From Laetmonice hystrix (Eukaryota), in assembly GCA_965235115.1 (NCBI GenBank), contig OZ249450.1, forward strand, positions 21,824,001-21,888,000: 64,000 nucleotides of DNA, given 5' to 3'. The translations under genes and the position numbers were made by a program. The notes beneath the pieces are model-generated. The model searched no databases, was not told the origin of the DNA, and worked only from the letters and a program-made list of their open reading frames with translations. Shown here one piece after another: positions 1 through 12,483 of this stretch. The first letter of the stretch is position 1; each line of letters opens with the position of its first letter.

Positions 1-1070
1 ACTGGCCTATACATGATTCGTTCACACAAGTAGGCCAACAACACACTTTCCTTTTTGTTAGGGAGCATGGTCACGAATCTGAAAATATTACAAACACTAA
101 GCTAGATACCACAGTACCCGGAGCTGCATGCAGAAATGCACAGTCATGTACAGTTGATGACCCTAAAGCGGTAGATTTTTAAATGGGGATCCCGAAGGTC
201 GTGTCCCCTTCTAGGGCTCAAGGGGCATGTTTCCCCGTAATATTGTGATGTATTTAACATCAAATGATACATTTCGACGGTATCACAGGAGAGGAAAAAC
301 ATTTCTGACCTGGTCACTCTCAGGTGAGTACAAAGGGTTTCAAAGCTATCAGAATGTTGGATTTGTATGGATGGGAGAACTATGGAAGAGACCGTGTTTG
401 ATACGGCGTGTGACAAAAATTTCGAAGACCCAGAGCTGCATATGAGCAGTTCGCGTCCCTTCATGATACATCCTCGGCGGCCGTGATAATTAAAAGATTA
501 TAATTAGCCAAGTAATGAAACCATTTACACTCCTTCGTCGGGTTATCATATGGGGATACTTTCTGATCATTCTAAATCAAAAAGAAGTCAGCGATGATTT
601 TTAGGAGTCCCACGTGTACATTTCGGTTTGTGGATTGATGGAGAAGGCCAGTCATCAGACGCCAGTCGGCACTGCCACATTCCCATAGCGTAATATATTG
701 GGAATTATTAGCGATCCTAGAGCGTGGCCTTCATTCCTCTGTCACTCACCATTTCTTACAAATCTTGACTTCGCTGCCACATATTCGTCCCCAAGCTCTC
801 ATTAATTCTTAAGGATTATGTCCATACCGTTACGGCTTTATTGTCATATCGAAAACGGAAAAAGATGGCAGCATTTTCACTTGAGAGCCGACAGTGGTTG
901 GGGGAGTGGCCTATAAATTGGGCGCTTACTGTACATTGTTACGATCTATTAAAACATTCCCCACCCCCTGTCTACAGATTCTCATTACTCATCATGCTTC
1001 AATGGTATTAAGGGTCAACCTATCCAAGATCCATACACCTCTGGGACTCGTCGGGTACAAGAGTTTAGAG

Positions 1071-1212
1071 CATGAACAAGTTTGGTTGTCTTGCTCTCGA
1101 CTTCAATATGGCTGAAAAACTGGGGACAAGGCGTAAATCCTCAAGTTCCCTCACTCACTCATGCACTCACTCACCCACTCATTCAATCACTCAGTCAGTC
1201 ACGCACTCACTC
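1071..1212 (+). mobile_element. 3' end of a SINE/LINE-tail-like dispersed repeat ending in a (CACT)n-type microsatellite
   Basis: TGAACAAG..CTCTCG..TCAATATGGCTGAAA.ACTG..GGC.T.AA resembles the minus-strand copy at 13519-13597 and is followed by an imperfect CACT/CAGT tetranucleotide tail (1149-1212). Confidence 0.5.
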
Positions 1213-1909
1213 TATGTGTCTTTATACTGGACAAAATGTATCTTCTGAAATCGGATAAATACCAACAATAGAAAAACTCTTACAATACCACAGGTACTTT
1301 TGGATTATGTGGACATTCTCCAGCGCCAGGTGGTTCTGATTCATTGTAGATCAAAGAGTAATACCCCACCGAATCTAAATCAGAGCATTAAACCCCGAGT
1401 CTGAAAGGCTGCAGCTGAGAAACATGCACCGTGAGAAGAATCTAGGCGGCTCTTGAATATTCCACCAGCGTCCTTCATAGTTGTCTGAACGTATTAACGG
1501 TTCTGTCCGACTCGGAACGCTGGCGGTGGAAGGACCTCACTAATTAGATTCTCCCGCCTGTACCACGACCTATTCACAATGCGTTCAGACCTCCCTGGAG
1601 AGTCCCTACGACTGCTCGCCATGTATTCTACAGAGGTCGACCTCTTCAAGTGGCGGCTCGACTGCCATTGTGCTGTCGTGCTCAACCCCATAATGTGATG
1701 GAGTTAGTGATGGGTCAGAAGGGCGACTTTTCCGAAAAGTTCGGTTCAAAAGAACGAGGGGGAATCATGGAACATGACATAAGGACGTGTAGCTTTCGTG
1801 ACGAAGAATAGTTCAACATTTGAGACTCAAACTTTGCTGAAAGTTTTCCTAATCAGCGTTCCTTTTCGGTGCAATTCCACCTCAAAAATTCTAAGAGATC
1901 CAATCCAAA

Positions 1910-2392
1910 GGGCCCGGTCGTATTTTGGAGAAATTTGATCTTTTTAAAAAAGGTAGACCTTTTAGGAGAAGGTGGATGGTAATCTGATTGGCTGACCTAC
2001 ACAGACCAGCCAATCAGAAGCGTTAAGTTTAAGCTTAAAGTCCAACAGACATCAAAATTTACATGAAATTTAGTGCCAGATCCTGATGATACATGTAATT
2101 TGTTGTTGTTTAACTTAAAGGAGCGGTTATTGTACAAGAATATGAACTGTGTGTGAGCCGTTTTAAAGACCAATTCCCCTAGTGACGTCATCAGGGGCAA
2201 TGGTAAAGAATAGGCAGGAGTGAAACTGTGATGAGGCGTGAGATTTGAATTTTCAATATTTTTCTAAATTGAGAAGACTTCTCAGAAAACCTATCGGGGT
2301 TACGGCTACAACTCAAAGTGATCTATCTAGATGTTACCTATGTGATGTCAGTTGCACTTTAAGCAGATATTAAGGTTTTACACACTGGGCCC
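1910..2392. mobile_element. Hairpin (Harbinger-like) MITE host interrupted by a TTAA element
   Basis: Ends GGGCCCGGT / ACTGGGCCC; internal inverted CTGATTGGCTG...CAGCCAATCAG core shared with copies at 25215, 27515 and 29776. Confidence 0.5.
2039..2358. mobile_element. Kolobok-like non-autonomous DNA transposon (TTAA TSD)
   Basis: TTAA at 2035-2038 and 2359-2362; TIRs AGTCCAACAGACATCA / TGATGTCAGTTGCACT match at 14 of 16; body homologous to 25275-25622. Confidence 0.7.
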
Positions 2393-2504
2393 AGGACTTC
2401 CAGGAAGGGTTTAGTCAGGAAAGGTTTTACCCTTCAGTGCCAACTGAAAACAAAGAATGTTTTCTGCATACTTTTCTGCACGGAAAGGTAGCCCATTGTC
2501 ATTA

Positions 2505-2632
2505 GGGTCGTCCGACCTCCTGGCTAGGGGCGGGGAGGGGGTCGTCCGACCTCCTGGCTAGGGGCGGGGAGGGGGTCGTCCGACCTCCTGGCTAGGGGCG
2601 GGGAGGGGGTCGTCCCACCTCCTGGCTAGGGG
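2505..2632. repeat. 34-bp G-rich minisatellite, ~3.8 copies
   Basis: Unit GGGTCGTCCGACCTCCTGGCTAGGGGCGGGGAGG; period 34 confirmed at 2508, 2542, 2576, 2610. Confidence 0.95.
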
Positions 2633-3007
2633 TATGGCAACAGATCCAGGCGTGCTACTAGGCCAGGTAGTTCTCAAAGCGAGGAGATGACTCGAACCCG
2701 ATTGGACCAAGCTGCCGGTCTGAGGTTGTGTTCTGGCCACTGTGGCGAAGACAAACGAGGTAATCCAGTCCGTTAATATTCTCACGGCCACTGCAATCAC
2801 CATTGCCCCCGGTAAACGTCATCAACATCAAAGGATTAATACCATGCCGGCGATGATTAACAAACAGTTAACGACTGAGATAGAACTCACCCTAATCGGT
2901 CTTTAGGGACCGATTGTGGCCTTTCCCACTCTGACCTCTACACGCAGACGAACCCACACATTCATGCACACGTTTCAAGATTTTTCGGAAAAGATTAAAA
3001 GTAAACA

Positions 3008-3089
3008 CGCAGCCGGCAGGATTCGAACCTGCGCGGGCAGAACCCAATGGATTTCAAGTCCATCGCCTTAACCACTCGGCCACGACTGC
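3008..3089 (-). tRNA. tRNA-Ser-TGA: tRNA-Ser, anticodon UGA (82 nt, long variable arm)
   Basis: Reverse complement GCAGTCGTGGCCGAGTGGTTAAGGCGATGGACTTGAAATCCATTGGGTTCTGCCCGCGCAGGTTCGAATCCTGCCGGCTGCG: 7-bp acceptor stem, A box TGGCCGAGTGG, anticodon stem ATGGA/TCCAT with loop CTTGAAA, B box GGTTCGAATCC, discriminator G, downstream T4 runs. Confidence 0.97.
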
Positions 3090-5273
3090 CTATATAAAAA
3101 AAATTATATTAATAAATTTCAAATTTGTTTCATAAATATATGTACACGTAGTCTATAAATAGATTCGTTGGTTACATCCTTGTGTTTATTTGTTCCCATG
3201 GTAACAATCGCTGTGAAAGGATAGGTGTAACACTCAAAACCTTTCAAACTCAGAACCATACATATTTATCACCCTTTGTCCAAATTTCAGAGAATCTACC
3301 TAAATGCACCATCCCCACAAAGTTATTTTACGTGGGTCTCCCAGATTTGTCCCAACGTTTTCCCGCCATACAATCGAGGAGTATCTCACTCCGTCTCCGA
3401 TCAGATTTCTCCCATCTCGCCGAATCACGCGTGACATCCGGTCGGAGACGAACTCACGCGAGAGTGTGGGTCTGCGTTCATCCAGGCTGACTTTTACATT
3501 TCCTGGCCTGCCATGACACTGATTGCATACCCCCCCCCCTCCATCATTGTGGTCCTACATGTCAGGCACCTCATTTTGTCTGAGGAGGTTTGGGTAAACG
3601 TGTTCTTGGTAATTGCTCACTTCCAGGATGAGACAAATTACTCAGTGTCGAAGATCTTACCCTCTCTGACGTGCGTTCTCACGTGTCAGTAGCGTTACGA
3701 GGGACAGGAACCGGACACCACTTAGGGTATTAAAAGTTGTCACTTCCTAAAATTTACTTGCGTACAGAGATATCGAGAGTTCTTTATTCTCAGTTCAATA
3801 TATTTGCTGAACCGAATCATGTACTTCAGCCATGCAAGGCCTTGTCAAGCCTTCACCACGGAAAATTACATTCCCCAGAAGAAGAAACACTTGAGTTCCA
3901 CGACCTTTTTTATTAGTAATTAAAAATAATATATTTCATTCGCCTCTACAATCTTCGGTTAATGCCTCAGATTTGAAAGCATATTGAAAAACGACTATTG
4001 TGAGGGTAAACCGATACAGCTACTCGGGAATACATTCACCGGAGACATTAGAATCTGCCGGCGAGGCCCACAGGAGCCCCTCTGGTTAGTCCTCCATGCA
4101 TCATTCCCATGAAATTAGGGGGGGATAAGGTTTGAGGTTTGAGGCTAGGGATTTCTGGGGGACTGGGAGCAGGGGTTAGATGTAACCAGGGGGTTTTACC
4201 CCCCCCCCCCCGTTTGATCACTTGGTTGTTGTTATATGTCTTGAATGTGCGACTGATCCCTTGTGGGTTATCAATAGCGCGTGTATTATAGAATGTGGTC
4301 AGGTTTTGTAAGCCAGGAAATTACTCAGGAACTGGGGCCGATTGTGGTGGCAGTTCCCAGTAAACATTGACTGGGATAGATCAATGTCTGCTGGCGGGAC
4401 TTACTGCAGGAACATTGTCGAAACGACTTCAAGTCGCGCTGTAATGACGTCAGCTATTGTCATTCGATAGATCTGACACCACGTCCTTCTGTCTTTATGA
4501 TACATATGGTCCGCCGTGAAGATTTATGAGTTTTTCACGTTCTTTATCCCAAATATTTAACATCACTGCATTAGTTTTGTTTTCTTCTAGATTTCTTTAT
4601 GCAGCATTGCACCCAACAGTAATCGCAGTCCTCTGGTTGCATAGAAAAAAAGAAAGAAAGCTGCGCGGCCAATTTTTTTTTTATCTTAAAGGATAAGAAC
4701 CCAAACTCTTTTTTGGGGGCCTATAAGAGCGACGGTGCGATATGAAGTCACACTGCTTTCCGGGGGGTAAGCTTTTCAAGCAAACAGGCATTTTCTCAAC
4801 ATATTCATCGAATTTTAGTCTTCCTTTAAACGACCATATTACTGCATAGCACTGACATTATACATACGTTCATCTCGCAACTTAACAATATTAAACATGT
4901 CCATTATCCTATCGGACTCCGTTTAAAATTGCCCTGGAGCGAAATATAAACAAAGCACAGCTGGATAAGGTGATCAAACAGAGGGAAAGCAATGAAATTA
5001 TTTTTCTTGAACATGATTCAATATGATTTCATAATGGGCGGTGTTATAGCGTGATTATGCCCGAGGTAAAGCTGAGGGCATATACGGCATAATTCCACCG
5101 ACACCTCGCGCCGTCATGCAATATTTACTTTTTGCACAGTCATGTCGCAATATTTGGACCCACTTGCTAAGGGTGCATTATGCCTGAATAACGCAACTTC
5201 TATCAGAGAATAATGACACTTCTAGCGGTACCAGCATGTGCTAAATGGTCCTAATTCCGTATAAATGACTTAC

Positions 5274-5473
5274 CTTTGGTTAGTGAAAGGACGGTAGCAT
5301 GAAAACCATTGAAATCATAGGGAGGTAGGTTAGGACCCGTGAAGAATTGCACGAACATGTGACCACCAGATGTTGTGATATCAGGTACGTCTTGCCCACA
5401 GAACCGTCCAACTAGTGGACTGTCCGGTGAGTCTCCGTCATACACCGCTAAATACTCATCCATACATTCTGAT
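5274..5473 (-). CDS. CUB-domain protein, exon encoding the second half of CUB domain 2
   Basis: SSECMDEYLAVYDGDSPDSPLVGRFCGQDVPDITTSGGHMFVQFFTGPNLPPYDFNGFHATVLSLTK (YDG..FCG..GF CUB motifs); acceptor TTTTAG, donor GTAAGT; phase 2 to 1, 200 nt, in frame with exon 7967-8159. The gene must continue to lower coordinates; next exon not resolved. Confidence 0.9.
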
Positions 5474-5697
5474 CTAAAACAGGAATACATACTCTATTAG
5501 TAATTCTGATCTAAAACAGGAATACATACTCTATTAGTAATTCTGATCTAAAACAGGAATACATACTCTATTAGTAATTCTGATCTAAAACAGGAATACA
5601 TACTCTATTAGTAATTCTGATCTAAAACAGGAATACATACTCTATTAGTAATTACATACTGATCTAAAACAGGAATACATACTCTATTAGTAATTAC
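5468..5697. repeat. 37-bp tandem repeat x6 containing the CUB exon splice acceptor
   Basis: Unit TGATCTAAAACAGGAATACATACTCTATTAGTAATTC; GATCT starts at 5471, 5508, 5545, 5582, 5619, 5661 (last interval 42 bp). Confidence 0.95.
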
Positions 5698-5724
5698 AGA
5701 CTTAGAAAATTTTAAAGGAGAGAT

Positions 5725-7742
5725 AACAAGCTTGTGAAGCTTATAGCCCCCACCACGAACTATGAATTCTTGAAAAAACGATGCACGACTTCAATTGATC
5801 TTTGAAGGGCAAAGGAAATATTGTCAAATGAAACTTTGTAAACTTAGTAAAGTTCTATGCAGTTGTATGTACAGCTTGATGGCGATATCCGGCGTAAAGA
5901 TGCATGTCTCTGCAATAACTATACAGTTATGTACAGTTTGATAGTGTTATCCGACATGAAGTGTTTTGTAGATATGCTTGACCTCGATTGACCTTTAGAG
6001 GTCAGTTATGTACAGTTTGATAGCGTTGTCTGGCGTGAACCAACTGAGTAGGGACAAATTATCTGTGGGTCCGGGGACTATACGTACTTTTCGCACGCTT
6101 GTTGCCCCTCATGCATTCTGTCAGAAAGAACGAAATCCAGAAAATGGCAGAGTTATTGCTTCGAACTTCTTTAAATCCAAGATGGCCACCAAGCCATATA
6201 TTTGGCCTGTGTCCTCCTTAGACTGTCCCTGGTTATTATGTAATGTTTCATGCAAGATTAGATGTTGTTATTTTCAACTGGTATGGAGGTACAGGCCATT
6301 AAAATATGCATGACCTTGATTGACCTTTCAAGGTCGCTCAAGGTCATGGAAAATGACGCCAAATGAAACTTCATATATGACTTCCTATCTATCAATAATA
6401 ATAACTGTTGCCTTATCTTGCACCGTTTTCGAGATATGAGCCAAAACAGTGTTATGGGGGGGAGAGTAAAATATTAATATGGCCGCCATGTCGCAATATT
6501 TGCTCTGATCTGGCAATACATTAGCATATACATTACCCCTCATATACACCTTCTTTCCACCAAATTTGAAAGAAATCGGGATCGTTTTGTCCGAGTTATT
6601 GCTCCAAATGTGTTTACATCCAAGATGGCCACCACGCGGCCATTTTGACCTGCCTCATCCGTGGACTGTCCCGGATCATGATGTAATGTTTCATGCAAGA
6701 TTATGTCGTTATCTTTAACTGTTTTGAAGATCCAGGCTATTGCAAATATGCATGACCTTGATTGACCTTTCAAGGTCGCTCAAGGTCATCGAAAATGGCG
6801 TCAAATGAAACGTCATATATGACTTCCTATCTGTCAATAATAATAACTATTGCCTTATCTTGCACCGTTTTCGAGATATGAGCCAAAACAGTGTTATGGG
6901 GGGGGTAAAATATTAATATGGCCGCCATGTCGCCATATTTGCTTTGATCTGGCAATACATTGGCATATACATTGCCCCTCATATACACCTTCTGTCCGCC
7001 AAATTTGAAAGAAATCGGGATCGTTTTGTGTGAGTTATTACTCCAAATGTGTTTACATCCAAGATGGCCACAACGCGGCCATTTTGACTTATGTCAAAAA
7101 TATCTTTGACCTGCCTCATCCGTGGACTGTCCCGGATCATTATGTAATGTTTCTTGCAAGATTATGTCGTTATCTTTAACTGTTTTGAAGATCCAGGCTA
7201 TTGAAAATATGCATGACCTTGATTGACCTTTCAAGGTCGCTCAAGGTCATCGAAAATGGCGCCAAATGAAACGTCCTATATGACTTCCTATCTATCAATA
7301 ATAGTAACTATTGCGTCATCTTGCACCGTTTTCGAGATATAAGCCAAAACAGTGTCATTGTGGGGGTCAAGAAACAAATATGGCCGCCATCTCGCCATTT
7401 TGGATCTGAATTGAAATTTTATTGTGATGCATATTGGCCCTCATTATGCCTCATCCCTGCACCATGTTTGAAAGAAATCGTGATTGTTTTGGCTGAGTTA
7501 TTGCTCAAAATGTGTTTTTATCCAAAATGGCCGCCAAGCGGCCATTTTGAATGATATCAAAAATCTGTTTGACGTGCATCATCCTCAGTTCATCCCTGAT
7601 CCTTGTGTGAAGTTTCAAAGAAATCGACCCATACACTTCTGAGAAATCGCTGTCTACGGACATACGGACGGACGGACGGACGGCCGTACGGACGGACGGA
7701 CGGAGGTCGAATTATAAGCCCCCCGTTGTGGGGGCTAATAAA
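5725..7742. mobile_element. Helentron/HINE-like non-autonomous element with ~440-460-bp internal tandem repeats
   Basis: Starts AACAAG..TTATAGCCCCC; ends with hairpin AGCCCCC-CGTTGT-GGGGGCT then AATAA, inverted relative to the 5' subterminal motif; (GGAC)n microsatellite ~7657-7705; about 3 diverged units (CCAAGATGGCC at ~6177, 6620, 7060, 7522) with TGACCTT/AAGGTCA motifs. Confidence 0.7.
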
Positions 7743-7966
7743 CAATCATGACGGGATACATTGACTATAAATTACCTCTCATTTGCAATCGAAATGGGTA
7801 AAAAGACCTGATCCACTAAGGCGATTTCCCTTGCGACGGTCATGCGATTTTTGATTTAATGGTGGAATTTCACTCTCTAAGATCATAGACTCGTCACACT
7901 CCCCACCCCTTCATGAAGTTAAAAATAGAACCTCCCGTAAAATAGCTAAGACAGGTTGGTACTCAC

Positions 7967-8159
7967 GATGTTTGTATATTGAAATGTCTCTCTGATGATA
8001 GAAAACTATTGAAGGATATCTGTAAGGCTGACATGGGATCTCGACTGGAGATATGATATTGGCATTCCATATTTGGTGGGTAGACGCCCGGGTAACCAGG
8101 CGACGTGATATCACAGTAAGACTTTGTACACCGCTCCGTGCGAATCGACCAATCACAGA
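7967..8159 (-). CDS. CUB-domain protein, exon encoding the first half of CUB domain 2
   Basis: VCDWSIRTERCTKSYCDITSPGYPGVYPPNMECQYHISSRDPMSALQISFNSFLSSERHFNIQT (SPGYP..YP.N..C.Y motif); acceptor TTTGCCAG, donor GTGAGT; phase 1 to 2, 193 nt. Confidence 0.9.
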
Positions 8160-9730
8160 CTGGCAAACAAAGCGAGAATGACATCGACATGATGTAACAG
8201 AGTGCATGGTTGGATGAGATTATTGGCGCACTGAGTGGCGTGGATAAACCTGAGATGGCGTTTTGATGAATGAGTACCATGGTGCTAAATGCGGGCTAAA
8301 TCATATCTAGAATGGTCCGATGGTAGTGAAGCTTTATCGTTTTGGAAGCTTTACCAAACAAAGGAAACAAAAGAGGTTTCCCAAAGGCTTTCCTTCTTTC
8401 GTCACTTTGTTCTGACTCCAGAGTATTTATATAAATAGATTATCAATTTTCGCTCCAAAATAAAATTGCAATCACCGCAATAAAATACGCAACAAAGGAA
8501 TCAGCAAAATTGCACCAACTCATGTAGGCTGATAATCTTTAGTGACAATATTTGATCAATCCAAGGATGTGTTTGGAGTAGGCGACGAGGCCTGCCATGA
8601 CTCGTCAATTCCTGACGACATTGGGGATGAGAGTTCTCAAGACAGAGGAGGTAACGTCACGCAAACTTCACGTGGGACCAGCTGGAGTTTTATCTAATAA
8701 ACTGGTCCCAACCATTAGTAAGGCCACATAAACAATTACTCGTTTAGCGTCCTCGCACGACCTAACAAATGTCACCGACCTGGAATGTTTTATATCTTTT
8801 ATTTTTCAAAGAACCCTTAAAATGAAGTGTAAAAGTTGTCAAAACAACGGTTCCCCGAGCTGATTAAGAATACTCGAACACTCCAAACAAAGATTTAAAC
8901 AGCAATTTTCATGTTTTCTTCTTCAATTTCTGGCTTGAAAGTTTCTATGGTTTTCTTTACCTTCCTAACCTGCCTTCTTACCATGACCATGGTGTCTTCT
9001 TCCTTCAGCCACACTTTTTTTTTTAAATACCTCTCTCCCGACCTGGACATTGGAAGAGGTGGACGCTAAACAAGCAATTTTTTTATGTGGCCTAGAGGTC
9101 ATTAGAATATAGGAATGGTGATTTTTTAACATTTTTATCACAACATTTCGCGGGGGTGTTAGGGGATTTATCCCAGTATTATATCGTCCATCACTGTTAC
9201 AAACAAAGGTGCACTCCCTGTTGTGTCAACCAGTGGCTATTAGTGCAATACTACGACCTTTGTTTATCCTGGGAAAGCTTGGTATTGCCCTTTGTTTATC
9301 CTAGAAAAGATTGGCAGGGGGATATACAGACATCGGATCGTAAATTATTGAGTGGTCCGGTCGATTGGGGCCTTCACGCTTCATCCGCGCTGCCACTAAT
9401 GTTGTTCATGGATGAGCAACGCTTCTGACAGGGCAGAGCAGGTTTTCTATAGATAATCCATTTGTGTAGAGTGGGAATTTTCACCAAAGTGGGCCAGACA
9501 GAGGCGCCGGAACGGACGGGGTGGGCAAACCAGGCATCTACCTTTCAGAAAGTCATATATTTCACCCAAAACTCACTTTCCCCTTTAATGGACATGCATT
9601 ACCAACCTTGGCTGAGTCCCAAACCCATAGATCCGGCGGGTCCCATTTCCAAGCCTGCTGACCCTGCCCCCTCTCCCAGCGTAAAATCGTTCCAGTGCAA
9701 TTGCGCGTTACGTTCAGCCAACGAGATCAA

Positions 9731-9860
9731 GACCCGGTTCACAAGCAAAGTCAAGTCAATTTTAATGAACTTGAAGTTTATTTTACTTGAACCTGATTGG
9801 TTAAAATGGATTTCACGTTAATAATTACATTTGACTTGACTTGGCTTGTGATCCGGGCCC
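9731..9860. mobile_element. Short hairpin MITE (Harbinger-like ends)
   Basis: GACCCGGTTCACAAGCAAAGTCAAGTCAA ... TTGACTTGACTTGGCTTGTGATCCGGGCCC long imperfect inverted repeat. Confidence 0.65.
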
Positions 9861-11147
9861 ATGACTAAAGTTTATATGCCAGAAAAGATGTCTCCAACGC
9901 CTGCTGTCACACCGTATTTTCCATAGTTTCCATAACCGAAATTGATCAAATTTGCTATTGGTGAAATACTTAACCGAAATCTGCGCTTGAAAAGGAATAC
10001 GGGGGGGGGGGGGTAATATAATTTCCTTAAACGGTTTTATGTTAAATACGTCGGTCTATTATTATATCAGTAAAGACTCCTGACGGTTCCGTTAATACCG
10101 GCGTTTTCGTTCTGCAGAATGATTTGTTACATGGTAAAAGCTGAAGTAATTAATTGATGTATACCTGCAGAGCTGGCTCGCCTCATGTCGGTGGATGTCA
10201 GCAATGGGAAGAAATCCGTTTCAATGTCTACCGTCCGTCAGTACCCAAATATAGAGGAGAAAAAGGAAAATATTACACGCTGCTCAGCTGCAGGTTATAG
10301 GCAGAAAAAGTTTCGTTTCTTGTCCCCGCGCGTCACTCGAAACACCCTGAATCAAGTTATGTTTTAATGTTCCTTAATAAAAACATTAAACATCAATTCA
10401 ATAGTTTTGGTTCTTTCAAGAGTTCTTCAAGTTTTCAGGTGATCCAGCAAGAAAACCGAGTCCGGTATGCAATGAAAATAAGATTAAAGACTAGTTGGAA
10501 TTCAGCATCTTAGGCTGCACATCTCGGAAAAAAAACTCTCAAAGAGAAACTCCACATAAAACGCTACTAGAAATCCACAGAAGAAAAAGAACCACAAAAA
10601 GGACCCCACTTTACAGCTAGGATGCCTTCTATCTCGGAGTCATATGAAAACATCAAAAGGCATGACGTGGTACGATTCATTTTAATGCTGTTCCACGATA
10701 CATCCGGGCATCTTTTTTGGTCTTTTTTGTATCATGTGTTTGAATAAATTTTCCAAGGTGTGTTACAGAACACATGTTGACTGGCCTAATTCGGCCAACA
10801 GCATACGTCTGTTCCCACACTCGGGCGATATTCTCGGGAAACAGATTGATTTTGGGGTGATTAACACGCCGTGGAGGAGAACAACCGTATGCCGCTACTC
10901 TCACCGCCAGTCAACACGTTTATACTATGACATGTTGGATGTGATACTATACGCCACTGTACCTGCTATATCTTATTCATCAAAGAACATTTATCTCCTT
11001 TGAGTTTTCTTGCATGAGTCTCTTTTGCTTGTTTGTTAGATGATACGGTATCCGCAAAGGCAAAACTACATTCATTTTGATGCGGGGGGGCAGAGGGGGC
11101 TACAGCTCCCCACAAATCGGATTGATATAATAAGGTGGTGAACTGAC

Positions 11148-11356
11148 CTGTGTTGACGTATTTGTACGTCAAGCTGAAGGTCACGTGTCTGTCGGACGTC
11201 TCGGCGAAGAACTCGACCTCGGCGTTGATTCCCGAGGAGAACTTCCTTGTGTCGAGGCCGACATCTGTGTAGTGTCCACACAAGGTGTTGGGTGGATACG
11301 TGTACTGGCCAGGCCGGCTCAGGCCGTCCCACAGCCTGAGGTGGCCCTCTATACAC
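11148..11356 (-). CDS. CUB-domain protein, exon encoding the second half of CUB domain 1
   Basis: CIEGHLRLWDGLSRPGQYTYPPNTLCGHYTDVGLDTRKFSSGINAEVEFFAETSDRHVTFSLTYKYVNT; acceptor GTGTAG, donor GTCAGT; phase 2 to 1, 209 nt, joins both neighbours in frame. Confidence 0.88.
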
Positions 11357-12483
11357 CTACACCGACAAACGGGGCAAGGATACCAATTTATCTAAGGTTA
11401 TTATGGTGTTAGGATATATTAAAGGCACACTTAGATAGGAGAAAAGTCAATCCGTGCTCCATTGACAGTGTAAAGTGACCCTTAAATCTTATCACTGACA
11501 TCGGGCTGACAGACGTATTTTCACTGCCTAAGCAGTAACGGAAGATTGATTCGGTGTGCACCGTTTCATTTAACCTGGCGCCATATCCTGATAGTGATAA
11601 GCAGATCATCTGGCCGGCCCATGATTCCCCGCAACTATCTACGTCACTTTATTGTGTATACACCAGCATATTAAATAGATAACGCGCATGTCGATTCTGA
11701 GTCTAATGGATCTTGTTCAAAAATGCTGATTTCTGACAATAATCCTGCGCCCTTTGTTTAGCAATCAAATCCAACGAAAGCCCTCATCACCAAAACAGCA
11801 AAAGAAGTTGTTTTTGTTACTTTCTCCCGAAATGCCTATTTAAGTTCGTTTGAAAGTTATATCATCTTTTAGCACTTTAAATGAAGGATTTTACAGGATG
11901 AAACGATATTTAGAGCTCTCCTTTCTTCACCTTGACCTTTGAACCTGGGAAAGCAGACCGCAGCAGTAAATTGTTCTCAGAAAGTCTCTAAACATGAAAA
12001 GATAACACCCTATTTATTTTCTCGGGACTGTCATCGGGTTTATGGGTCATTCCAAGGACTCGGTTTGGGTAGTGGCAAGGCGCTATTGTATACCGTCAAT
12101 TACAACAAAGAAACTCATGTTACATTATTAATTACAATAATTAAGATCGAGGACCAAGTCCGTATGTTCTTCAGCCTGATTGAACCTCAAAGGTTACTAG
12201 CAGAAAACAAGAATTCTGTTTTTACTGTAGCTAAAGGATTTTGCCACAGTATGGGTTAGCGTGGACCTAAAGCGCAAGCGTATCTTGATACTATTGCAGA
12301 CAAACATATTATGGCTAAAGCCAAAAACGGTGTTGTTGTCTGTTGTTGATCCATATGAAGGACATACATTGTTAAGGCCCAGTACCGGTTTTGCAGTAAC
12401 CAATTAAAGTCGAACAATTTCCATCACAGAGGAAAAGGTTACGGTCTTAGGTCGTCGGTATACATACTCAAAGTGGTACGTAC

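Noticed and set aside
1290-4440. Candidate 3' exons of the CUB gene (near 1.37, 1.5-1.7, 2.44, 4.03-4.09 and 4.39-4.43 kb)
   Set aside because: Each had a weak acceptor, an early stop or no domain signal; none could be chosen over the others.
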